Below, one piece after another: positions 17,838-26,590 of a stretch of DNA of 64,000 nucleotides. This DNA is from Candidatus Altimarinota bacterium (lineage in GTDB: Bacteria; Patescibacteriota; Gracilibacteria; CAIRYL01; GCA-016699755): the NCBI GenBank assembly GCA_963664295.1, contig OY760935.1, positions 640,001-704,000 on the forward strand. The letters are read 5' to 3'. Every line of letters begins with the position of its first letter. Position 1 is the stretch's first letter. The notes beneath the pieces were generated by a model. That model was not told the origin of the DNA. It worked only from the letters and a program-made list of their open reading frames with translations, and did not search any database. The position numbers and the translations under genes are program-made.

Positions 17838-18614
17838 CGTCATTGCGAATCTAAAAAAAAGGATCGTCATTGTGGGCTTTTTGGGTTGTCATTGTGGACT
17901 TTTTGGATTGTCATTGCGGACTTTTTGGGGTGTCATTGCGAGGAACCTGCCTCTTTTTTTGTCATTATCGGACTTGATCCGATAATCCAGAGAATCATGT
18001 CATTGCGGACTTGATCCGCAATCTCCTTGTCCATGTGCCCAACTCCTATCTTGTCATTGCGGGCTGTTTAGGGTGGTGTCATTGCGGACTTGATCCGCAA
18101 TCTCGGGAGGCAGGAGGTCTCATTGTGAACATAAAACACACCCTTACTGTCATTCTGAGCGGAATGAAATGGAGCGAAGAATCTCCTTGTCCATGCGCTC
18201 AAGTCCTGCCTTAGGTAATTCAACAGTAATGACAACGGGAGATCCTTCGCTTCGCCTAAAGGCTCGCTCAGGATGACATACTATTTCTGTCATTCTGAGC
18301 GAAAAACACTCCCTTTTTGTCATTCTGAGCGGAATGAAATGGAGCGAAGAATCTCCTTGTCCATGCGCTCAAAATCTATCTTGTCATTGCGGACTTTTTG
18401 GGGTGTCATTGCGAGGAACCTGCCTCTTTTTTTGTCATTATCGGACTTGATCCGATAATCCAGAGAATCATGTCATTGCGGACTTGATCCGCAATCTCCT
18501 TGTCCATGCGCTCAAGTCCTGCCTTAGGTAATTCAACAGTAATGACAACGGGAGATCCTTCGCTTCGCCTAAAGGCTCGCTCAGGATGACAGAGTAAAGG
18601 GGCTCAGAATGACA
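17838..18614 (+). repeat. Mosaic array of TGTC-tagged palindromic REP-like elements (locus 1)
   Basis: About 16 GTCATT-headed units and 5 inverted ATGAC tails; hairpins ATTGCGGA-cttga-TCCGCAAT and ATTATCGGA-cttga-TCCGATAAT; internal ~125-bp and ~100-bp direct repeats. Confidence 0.9.
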
Positions 18615-18696
18615 AAAAAGAACTTAAAACAAAAAAATAAAAACAATTAAAAAAAATTCATTGCCCTATATAAAGCCAAATAATCAACATTAAAAA

Positions 18697-18732
18697 TGTA
18701 TTACTGTATTAGTGTACCGGTACAGTAATACA
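18697..18732 (-). repeat. Short palindrome TGTATTACTGTA..TACAGTAATACA; possible terminator of nrnA
   Basis: 12-bp perfect arms about 10 bp after the stop codon, followed by T5 on the minus strand; same arms at 50459-50486. Confidence 0.7.
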
Positions 18733-18741
18733 AAAATAAAA

Positions 18742-20328
18742 TTAATTATCTTTTTTCTGTTGCTTTGGCCTATTAACAGAATTTTTATTAACAGATTTAT
18801 TAACTTTTTTATTCAAATTTTTTGCACGAGGCTTATTTCTATTAACAGATTTTTTATTATTTTTTTTAATTACCACCTTGTTATTTTTAGGCTTATTTAC
18901 TGACTTTGCCTGTTTTTTAGATGATTTTTCACTCTCTTTTTCCAAAGAAAAATTCTCAACTGCTTTTTTTGCATTAGCCAAAATCTCATCAGGACTTACT
19001 TCTTCTTTTTTTTCTTTTTTTGACTTACTTAAGCCATTATTTAAATCAACTGACTTTTTCTGCTCTGCCTTTTGATCAAAATCCAAAACAACTTCTTGTT
19101 TAATATCGCCCTTTCTCTCATTTTTAACTGAAAAATCCGGTTTTTGCCTATCTTCTGGCTCAATCCCTAATCTTCTTGCTTGATAATCTTGAATTTTACT
19201 AACAACATCATTAGTTATGGCTTTAAAATCTGCACTTTTTTTAGGTATTTTAAAGCCGGCAGCTTGCCTATGTCCTCCTCCACCAAACATCTCTGCAATT
19301 TCCACTGCATCAATGGCATTAGAGGTTGTTCGCAAGCTACCGGCTACTATCTCATCTTCTCTTTCTTTAATTAAAAGTACAACTTCTGCTCCTGGAGCAG
19401 AAGAAAGAAGGTCGTCTAATATGCCTGCAAGCTCATCAGAAGTGGCTTTTGACTCCTGCAAATCCTGCAAAGAAACCGTAGACCAAACAAAACGATGAAC
19501 TGGATCATTTTTTATCTTTGAAAGCACCTTGCCCCAAAGTTTTAAAGTAGTTAAATTCTTAGTTTTAAATAATTTTCTAATAATTTCTTGTTGCCTTGCT
19601 CCATATTCAATTAAATCCGCCGCAATTTCAAAACTTTTTGGTGTTGTATTTGGATTTTGAAAACTACCTGTGTCTGTAATTATTCCTGTTAATAACAAAG
19701 TTGCAATATTTTCGTCCATTAACTGAACACCAAATTCTTGCTCCAAAGTTTCAATCAAAGAAAATATTACCTCTGTTGTTGAAGCAGACTTAGGATCAAT
19801 TAAGTTAATTGTGCCATAATTAGTGTTGGAAACATGATGATCTATATTGACTATTGTTGACTCTGAAAACATTTCTGTATTATTTGCATAAACCTTACCT
19901 AATTGCGATACATCAGCAGCATCAAGAGTAATAATTACAGAAAAAGCATTTTTACTTTTATCAAAAGTAATGTCTTTTTTTGCAAACTCTCCTTCTGATG
20001 GGGTCACTAAAATATTTAAAATATTACCTTTTTTATTCCAGCGTAATTTATCAACATTTGCGTTTGTACAATCTAATGAAATAACCAAGTCAGTTGGAAA
20101 ACCATATTTTTGAATAAATTTTTCATAACTTGGCAAAAAGGAAAAAACCTCAGGCAAAGGATCTGTGCTTGCTATTGTCACATCTTCTTTTCCTAGTTTT
20201 TTTAATATCAAATAAAAAGCCAATGTTGAAGAAATCGCATCTCCATCAGGTTTTACATGAGTAGTTAAAAGAATTTTTCCTTTCTTTTTTAATAATTGTG
20301 CGACTTGTTCCTTTGGTGAAAGTTCCAT
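18742..20328 (-). CDS. nrnA: DHH/DHHA1 phosphoesterase (NrnA-like) with basic low-complexity C-tail
   Basis: THVKPDGDA, NIDHH, TDTGSF, GGGGH motifs; start taken at MELSPKEQ (20328). Confidence 0.85.
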   Translation of the reverse strand: MELSPKEQVAQLLKKKGKILLTTHVKPDGDAISSTLAFYLILKKLGKEDVTIASTDPLPEVFSFLPSYEKFIQKYGFPTDLVISLDCTNANVDKLRWNKKGNILNILVTPSEGEFAKKDITFDKSKNAFSVIITLDAADVSQLGKVYANNTEMFSESTIVNIDHHVSNTNYGTINLIDPKSASTTEVIFSLIETLEQEFGVQLMDENIATLLLTGIITDTGSFQNPNTTPKSFEIAADLIEYGARQQEIIRKLFKTKNLTTLKLWGKVLSKIKNDPVHRFVWSTVSLQDLQESKATSDELAGILDDLLSSAPGAEVVLLIKEREDEIVAGSLRTTSNAIDAVEIAEMFGGGGHRQAAGFKIPKKSADFKAITNDVVSKIQDYQARRLGIEPEDRQKPDFSVKNERKGDIKQEVVLDFDQKAEQKKSVDLNNGLSKSKKEKKEEVSPDEILANAKKAVENFSLEKESEKSSKKQAKSVNKPKNNKVVIKKNNKKSVNRNKPRAKNLNKKVNKSVNKNSVNRPKQQKKDN

Positions 20329-20378
20329 TTTTCGGTTAAAATATTTTTGAACTAAGTGTTCATTATATTTTACAATCA

Positions 20379-22436
20379 ATGAGAAGATTTGTCAAGAGCA
20401 ATATTTTTATTGCTTCCGGCGCATTATTATTAGGTTTTTGCTTCATCACTCTCTGGATTTATCTTTTAATTCCAATAAACAAAGAACTAATTGAGCCAAA
20501 TGAAAGTATAATAATTTTTGATCAAAATAAGCAAAAATTATATGAAATTTTGCAAAAAAACCAAGAAAAAAGCCAATATATAGAATATGAACAAATTTCT
20601 TCTTATTTTATTAAAGCAATTGTTGCTACAGAAGATAAAAGATTTTATAAACACAATGGAGTGGATTATTTAGGTGTCTCACGAGCAATAAAAGACAATA
20701 TTTTAATTGGCAGAGTTGTTTCCGGCGCATCTACAATAAGCCAACAATTGGCCAGAAATATTTTAAAAAACAAAAATCGTGGATTAAAAACAAAAATCGA
20801 AGAAACTCTTTTTGCTATGCGACTAGAAAAACAATTTTCAAAAGAAAAAATCCTGGAATTATATGCTAATAAAGTTTCTTTTGGTGGAGTATTGATTGGA
20901 ATAGAGAGTGCAAGTTGGGCTATTTTTGATAAACCCGCTTCTAATCTTGACCTTGCTGAGGCAAGTTTTTTAGCTGGTATCCCTAAATCCCCTACTAAAT
21001 ATTCTCCTTTTGACAACTTCAAAGAAACAAAAAAAAGGCAGGAGTTTGTTCTAAAAAGAATGTTAGAAGAAAACTTAATCAATCAAGTTCAATATAATGA
21101 TGCAATAAACGAAGAATTAAAAATCAACAAAGAACAAAATCCAATTAAAACACCTCATTTTGTTTTTTATTTACTAAACGAAAAACAAGAAGAGTTTGAG
21201 AAAGCAAAAAAAGAAAATAATAAAATTTACACAACTATTAACGCTGGCCTACAAGAGCAAGTGGAAGACATAATAAATAGCCACCTAGAGCTTATTGGCA
21301 AACAACATAACATTAGCAATTCTGCTGTTTTGGTTTTTGAAGCAAAAACTGGAAAAATTCTCGTAATGGCAGGAAGTAAAGATTATTTTGATGATAATAT
21401 AGATGGCAATGTTAATGTTTTATTGGCAAAAAGACAGGTTGGCTCAACATTAAAACCATTTTTATATTTATTAGCTTTTATGGAGCTTGGCTGGAATGAA
21501 AAAACCACTATTCTTGATGAACCTGTGGCTTTTGAGACCAGCGTTGCTTTGCCATGGGAACCAAAAAATTATGATCTTGATTATCGCGGTGAAGTGAGTG
21601 TCCGTGAGGCATTAGCTCAAAGCTTAAACATACCTGCAACAAAAACATTAAATGAAGTTGGTACAAATAAGTTTCTAGTTTTTCTACAAAAATTAGGAAT
21701 GTTTACTGTTAATAAAAATGAGGACTATGGCTTATCTGTTGCTTTAGGCACTCCAGATATTAGACCAATTGACTTAGCCTATGCTTATGGACTTTTGGCG
21801 CGCGAAGGAAAAAACTTTGAATTTCAAGTAATCGAGAATGAAAATATTTTTCAGGGTGAGCAAATTTTGCCCAAAAATAAGGTCTTGGAAATCACAGATA
21901 TATTAAGTGACAATCAGGCAAGAATTGATGCTTTTGGTGAAAATTCTGTTCTAGATTTTGATTATTCTGTTGCTGTAAAAACCGGCACAACTCGTAATTT
22001 TCGAGATAATTACTGTATTGGATATACTTCTGAAGTAGTGGTTTTAGTTTGGGTTGGTAATTCTGATGGTTCTAATATGCGCAATGTTTCTGGTATTACT
22101 GGCGCTGGCCCTTTGTTTCACAAAATTATGAACTTAGTTATGGAAAATTATGAAAAGAAAAATTTTCCTGAATTTCAAGAAAATGAAAATGAAACAAGTA
22201 TCAATAATAATTTAAGAATTCTTAGTCCATTAAATGGCTCTATTTATCAAATATCTGACCAAGAATTAGAGAATCAAAAAATAAAACTGGAAGCAAATGA
22301 AAAATGTAATTGGTATGTTAATAATAAAAAAATTGGCACAGGTAAAAAATTGCTTTGGCTACCAAAAAAAGGCACTTGGGACATCAAAGCAAAAAATGGC
22401 ACAAATGAAACTAGTATAAGAATTTATGTAATGTAA
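20379..22436 (+). CDS. pbpC: Bifunctional penicillin-binding protein (PBP1C-like)
   Basis: EDKRFYKHNGVD and GASTISQQL (transglycosylase); STLK, SLN, KTG (transpeptidase); short C-terminal beta domain. Confidence 0.8.
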   Translation: MRRFVKSNIFIASGALLLGFCFITLWIYLLIPINKELIEPNESIIIFDQNKQKLYEILQKNQEKSQYIEYEQISSYFIKAIVATEDKRFYKHNGVDYLGVSRAIKDNILIGRVVSGASTISQQLARNILKNKNRGLKTKIEETLFAMRLEKQFSKEKILELYANKVSFGGVLIGIESASWAIFDKPASNLDLAEASFLAGIPKSPTKYSPFDNFKETKKRQEFVLKRMLEENLINQVQYNDAINEELKINKEQNPIKTPHFVFYLLNEKQEEFEKAKKENNKIYTTINAGLQEQVEDIINSHLELIGKQHNISNSAVLVFEAKTGKILVMAGSKDYFDDNIDGNVNVLLAKRQVGSTLKPFLYLLAFMELGWNEKTTILDEPVAFETSVALPWEPKNYDLDYRGEVSVREALAQSLNIPATKTLNEVGTNKFLVFLQKLGMFTVNKNEDYGLSVALGTPDIRPIDLAYAYGLLAREGKNFEFQVIENENIFQGEQILPKNKVLEITDILSDNQARIDAFGENSVLDFDYSVAVKTGTTRNFRDNYCIGYTSEVVVLVWVGNSDGSNMRNVSGITGAGPLFHKIMNLVMENYEKKNFPEFQENENETSINNNLRILSPLNGSIYQISDQELENQKIKLEANEKCNWYVNNKKIGTGKKLLWLPKKGTWDIKAKNGTNETSIRIYVM

Positions 22437-22472
22437 AATATCACCTTTTTGTTGCTATTGTTTTTTTGAGGG

Positions 22473-22935
22473 TGTCATTGTGGGCTTTTTGAGGGTGTCA
22501 TTGCGGACTTTTTGAGGATGTCATTACGGACTTTTTGAGGATGTCATTACGGACTTGATCCACAATCTCGGCAGGTGTCATTCTGAGCGCAAAACACACC
22601 CTTGCTGTCATTCTGAGCGAAATGAAATGGAGCGAAGAATCTCCTTGTCCATTTGCTCAAGTCCTGCCTTAGGTAATTCAATAGTAATGACTACAGGAGA
22701 TCCTGAATCGAGTTCAGGATGACATACTATTTTTGTCATTCTGAGCGTAATGAAATGGAGCGAAGAATCTCCTTGTCCATTTGCTCAAGTCCTGCCTTAG
22801 GTAATTCAACAGTAATGACACAGGAGATCCTTCGCTTCGCCTAAAGGCTCGCTCAGGATGACAGAAAAAGTAAGAGAGAGGGAGAATGACAGAAGAAAGG
22901 GGCTCAAGATAACAGAGTAAAGGAACTCAAAATAA
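22473..22935 (+). repeat. Mosaic array of TGTC-tagged REP-like elements (locus 2)
   Basis: 4 x 23-bp TGTCATT(G/A)(C/T)GG... tandem heads, two inverted doublets with the same spacer as locus 1, decaying tails. Confidence 0.9.
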
Positions 22936-22940
22936 CGAAA

Positions 22941-23378
22941 TTAACTATCTTTCTTTTCCTGTTTCAGGCTTTCCCTAATCGCATCAGCTTGCTCTTTTTC
23001 TACATCACCTTGTATAGATTCCGCCTTTTGATCAAAATCCTCATTAGCCTCTTTAATTTTTTCTGTTGTTTTTTGCTCCTCTTCTGCAAGAAATTTTGGA
23101 TATTTTTCACTAATTTCTTCTGTCTTTGTTTGTAATTTTTGCTCTGCCTGCCTAAGACTATCCTGCAAATGAATTAATTTTTCCTCTTTTTCTTCAATTT
23201 GCTCAGAAACATAAATATCTTCAGATTCTATGAGTGCTTGTATTGCCATTAAAAATTCTTCTGGATATGGCTCACCTTGCTCAAAAAAACTTAATAAAAG
23301 ATTTTTACCTTCATCATTGAGGATACGAGAATTCTCTACTAACCATTTTGCCTTTTCTATGTCTGCTTGTGTGTACAT
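22941..23378 (-). CDS. Small acidic helical hypothetical protein
   Basis: 145-aa ORF directly downstream of the 604-aa gene; resembles 56786-57178. Confidence 0.75.
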   Translation of the reverse strand: MYTQADIEKAKWLVENSRILNDEGKNLLLSFFEQGEPYPEEFLMAIQALIESEDIYVSEQIEEKEEKLIHLQDSLRQAEQKLQTKTEEISEKYPKFLAEEEQKTTEKIKEANEDFDQKAESIQGDVEKEQADAIRESLKQEKKDS

Positions 23379-23392
23379 TTTTTTATTTATTT

Positions 23393-25207
23393 TTATGAAG
23401 CTTTTTTATCTATTTTATTTTTAGAAAAATCTATTCCTGCTTCTTTTGTCCAAGGATCACCCTCTTTTAATTCTTCAGCTTGACTTGAGTTTGCAAGGTC
23501 GCACACAACTTCATCATCATTAGCCTTAAAAAATATCAAAACTTCATCAGAATTATCTTTTTCTGTAATAGAAATTATTTCTCCAAAAACTAAATCATTT
23601 TCAAAGCTTTCTCCGTAATTATCTTTATTAAACTCTTTTATTTGATTAGAAAGTCTTTTGTCTCTAAATTTATCGCTACTATTAAAAGTATTAATAATTT
23701 CTTTTGCGTCTTCTAATAGTTCTGAGTCTTCCGATGCCTCAGTTGTTTCAGCTTCAGTATTTTTTGCAGTTTCTTCTTTTTCTGTTTCTGATTTTGCAGT
23801 TTCTGTTTTTTCTGCTTGTTCACCTTTTTCCTCTTTTTTGTCTTTCACCTCCTCTCCATCTGTCATAACTGTATAGCTAGTTATTCCTCTCATTGGAGCC
23901 CTATTCGAACCACTATAAATTATCCCTGTATTTAAATCAAAAATAATTTTTTTACCATTAGCCACAAGCTCCATTTTTTTACCTAATACTTTGGTGACTG
24001 TTAATTTCTTACCAGGAATAGTAAATCCCAAAAGGTTATTGTTCTTTTTTGTTATTCTTATAATTGACCCTTCTTTAATTTTGCCATTTAAAAGCTTAGC
24101 AAACATTTCATTTGCTCTTGCCATGTTTATTTTTGCTTTTTCTTTACCTTCTGCGCGATCTCTAAATATTTTTTGCATATCGCTTATTTCTGCCATTTTT
24201 CCTCCCATGCTTTTTAGATGTTTCACTAAACTTTGCATGTCTTTTTTGTATGGATTATCTGGTGGCAACCCATTTATTAAAGTAAGAATTTCATTTGGGT
24301 TTTCGCCTTTTTCTTTTGCCTTTTTAGGATTGAGATAATTATTTATTAAATCCTGCACCTTTGCCTTACTCATACCAAGATTTTCTGAAATAAATTCAGC
24401 TGTTTGATTAGGTTTTTTCTGTAGTTCAGATATTCTTGAACCCTCTCCCTCTATATTAGCTATTTTTTGTTTTGTTTTTTCTCGTGCTTGTTCTAGGCTG
24501 GCTATTGTTTTTTCTAGTCTTCCTATTCCCCAGTGACCTTTTCTTTTTTCAATGCGTAAATATTTATCACCAAAATCATCCACCTTACCAGCTATTGTCC
24601 CTAATTTTTCTTTAACAAAAGCATTAAATTGAAAATCAAAAAATTTCACTTCTCTAAGGTCTTTCATCATTGCTTCATGTTTTTTTAGTTGCTCTAAGGT
24701 GCTATTTGCTTCGTTTATTGCTGATTCTATATTATCTAAACGAAGCTTTAAATCTCTTAATAATTTTACTGATTTTTCACCCACAAAGCCTATTCTGTTT
24801 TCAAAGTCACCAATGGTTCTATCTATAAATCCAAGTCTTTTTTGATTTAAACTGTCTATTTCTGAAGTTGATCTAGTTTCTAAGTTTGCTGATTTTCCAG
24901 CTAATCTCATTCCCCCTTTTACTGCCAAGCCTGTAGCAATACCAGTGCCCAACCCAAGAGTTTTTATGCCAACTGGCGTAGCAGCAACAGACATAGCTCC
25001 ACTCATTTTATCATAAGCACCTGCCCTAATCCTCTCTAAAGCAGCCTTATTCATATTGTTCATTTCTGCTTCAGTAAGCATTGAAACAACTTTATCTCCT
25101 TGTGATGTTTCTACTGCTTCCTGCCCTTCATTTGCCTTATTTAAATAAATATTTTTGCCAAAAAAACTATAATTTCTGCCAAATTGATTATTTTTATTAA
25201 TTTTCAT
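23393..25207 (-). CDS. Hypothetical protein with Gly-rich hydrophobic segment and coiled coils
   Basis: 604-aa ORF; GIKTLGLGTGIATGLAVKGG; acidic linker near C-terminus. Confidence 0.8.
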   Translation of the reverse strand: MKINKNNQFGRNYSFFGKNIYLNKANEGQEAVETSQGDKVVSMLTEAEMNNMNKAALERIRAGAYDKMSGAMSVAATPVGIKTLGLGTGIATGLAVKGGMRLAGKSANLETRSTSEIDSLNQKRLGFIDRTIGDFENRIGFVGEKSVKLLRDLKLRLDNIESAINEANSTLEQLKKHEAMMKDLREVKFFDFQFNAFVKEKLGTIAGKVDDFGDKYLRIEKRKGHWGIGRLEKTIASLEQAREKTKQKIANIEGEGSRISELQKKPNQTAEFISENLGMSKAKVQDLINNYLNPKKAKEKGENPNEILTLINGLPPDNPYKKDMQSLVKHLKSMGGKMAEISDMQKIFRDRAEGKEKAKINMARANEMFAKLLNGKIKEGSIIRITKKNNNLLGFTIPGKKLTVTKVLGKKMELVANGKKIIFDLNTGIIYSGSNRAPMRGITSYTVMTDGEEVKDKKEEKGEQAEKTETAKSETEKEETAKNTEAETTEASEDSELLEDAKEIINTFNSSDKFRDKRLSNQIKEFNKDNYGESFENDLVFGEIISITEKDNSDEVLIFFKANDDEVVCDLANSSQAEELKEGDPWTKEAGIDFSKNKIDKKAS

Positions 25208-25223
25208 TTTATTTTTTCATATT

Positions 25224-25252
25224 ATTTTATCATTAAAAGCAATTTTTTTCAA
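25224..25252 (-). promoter_or_regulatory. sigma70-type promoter with extended -10
   Basis: TTGAAA-17 nt (ending TGA)-TAAAAT. Confidence 0.6.
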
Positions 25253-25312
25253 GTTTTCCTTTGCTTTTGAGGCAATTTTCTGGCAAAATTTTCTGGCATA
25301 TTTTTAAAATCA

Positions 25313-26590
25313 ATGAAAGTCACAGTAAAAAAACTCCCTAATTCAGAATTTGAATTAACTATTGAAGTATCAGAAAAAACGCTTGAGCAAAGCAAAAAAG
25401 AAGTAATGAAAGGACTTGCTCAGAAAAAAATAGATGGATTTCGCGCAGGTCATGTGCCAGAAAATGTTTTAATTAAACACTACGGCGAAAACATGATTAA
25501 AGCCGAAGCAATGGAAAGAGCAATTAACGACACTTTTTTAAAGGCAATTCAAAAAGAAAAAATTCAAGCTTTGGAAATGCCTCGTATTGAAATAAAAAAG
25601 CATGATCCACTTGTTTATGTAGCTACTGTAGCTGTTTTACCTGAAGTAGAAGTGCCAGCACTAAAAGAAATACCAGTGCCAAAAGCAAAAACAATTAAGG
25701 TTGAAAAAAAAGAAATTGAAGAAAGCAAAAAAATGCTTCAAAACCGCATGGCGGAATTAAAAAAACAAGAAAGAAAGGCAAAAAAAGGCGATTTAGTAGA
25801 AATTGATTTTGAAGGATTTGATGAAAAAGGCGTTTCTCTGGAGGGCACAAAAAGCAAACATCACCCTGTTGAAATCGGTACAAATGCTTTTATTCCTGGT
25901 TTTGAGGAAGAAATAATTGGACTAAAAGCCGATGATGAAAAAGAATTTGATATTACTTTCCCAAAAGACTACCACAAAAAAAGTTTTCAAAACAAAAAAG
26001 TAAAATTTAAAATCAAAGTTCACGATGTTTTTGAAAAAATAGTTCCTGATTTTGACGAAAAACTAATTGAAAAATTAACAGGACAAAAAAAGAAAGTCGC
26101 GGACATGGAAAAAGAAATCGAAGAATCATTAAAAGAAAAATATACTCAAGATGACAAAAAACGAAGAGAAAATGAATTTTTGGAAACATTAGGTAAAAAA
26201 GTCAAAATTGAAGTACCGAAAGTACTTATCGATAAAGAGTTGGACGGAATTATGAATAATCTTCGTCAAAATGCGCAAAAAGCACGCGTCACTTGGGAGC
26301 AATATTTAGCAAGTTTGAAAAAAACAGAAGAAGAAATGAGAAAAGAATTAAGCACAAAAGCAAAAGAAAATGTTTGTATTCGCTTGGCTTTTCAAAAACT
26401 AATTGAACAAAACAAGCCGAAAATAAATGAAAAAGACGTGGAAATGAAAATCAAACAAGTTTTGATGACTATTCCTGCTGACCAGAAAAAAGAAGCTGAA
26501 AAATATTTCAGTAAAGGAGGAAATGGTTGGCAAGAAATAGCTGGCGAACTTGCTGTTGATAGATTTTTCGAAGATTTATTTAAAAATTAA
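25313..26590 (+). CDS. tig: Trigger factor
   Basis: DGFRAGHVP ribosome-binding loop; FKBP domain FIPGFEE...FPKDYH. Confidence 0.95.
   Translation: MKVTVKKLPNSEFELTIEVSEKTLEQSKKEVMKGLAQKKIDGFRAGHVPENVLIKHYGENMIKAEAMERAINDTFLKAIQKEKIQALEMPRIEIKKHDPLVYVATVAVLPEVEVPALKEIPVPKAKTIKVEKKEIEESKKMLQNRMAELKKQERKAKKGDLVEIDFEGFDEKGVSLEGTKSKHHPVEIGTNAFIPGFEEEIIGLKADDEKEFDITFPKDYHKKSFQNKKVKFKIKVHDVFEKIVPDFDEKLIEKLTGQKKKVADMEKEIEESLKEKYTQDDKKRRENEFLETLGKKVKIEVPKVLIDKELDGIMNNLRQNAQKARVTWEQYLASLKKTEEEMRKELSTKAKENVCIRLAFQKLIEQNKPKINEKDVEMKIKQVLMTIPADQKKEAEKYFSKGGNGWQEIAGELAVDRFFEDLFKN

Noticed and set aside
17784-18458. Small ORFs 17784-18014, 18011-18214, 18273-18458
   Set aside because: They are translations of the REP-like repeats with no protein-like features.
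17838-18614. CRISPR array
   Set aside because: Units are heterogeneous, the intervening sequences are themselves repeated, spacing is irregular and no cas genes are present.
20379-22436. pbpC/alpha-2-macroglobulin module involving the giant proteins
   Set aside because: No macroglobulin-like features (lipobox, CxEQ thioester motif, beta-rich domains) in the neighbouring large ORFs.
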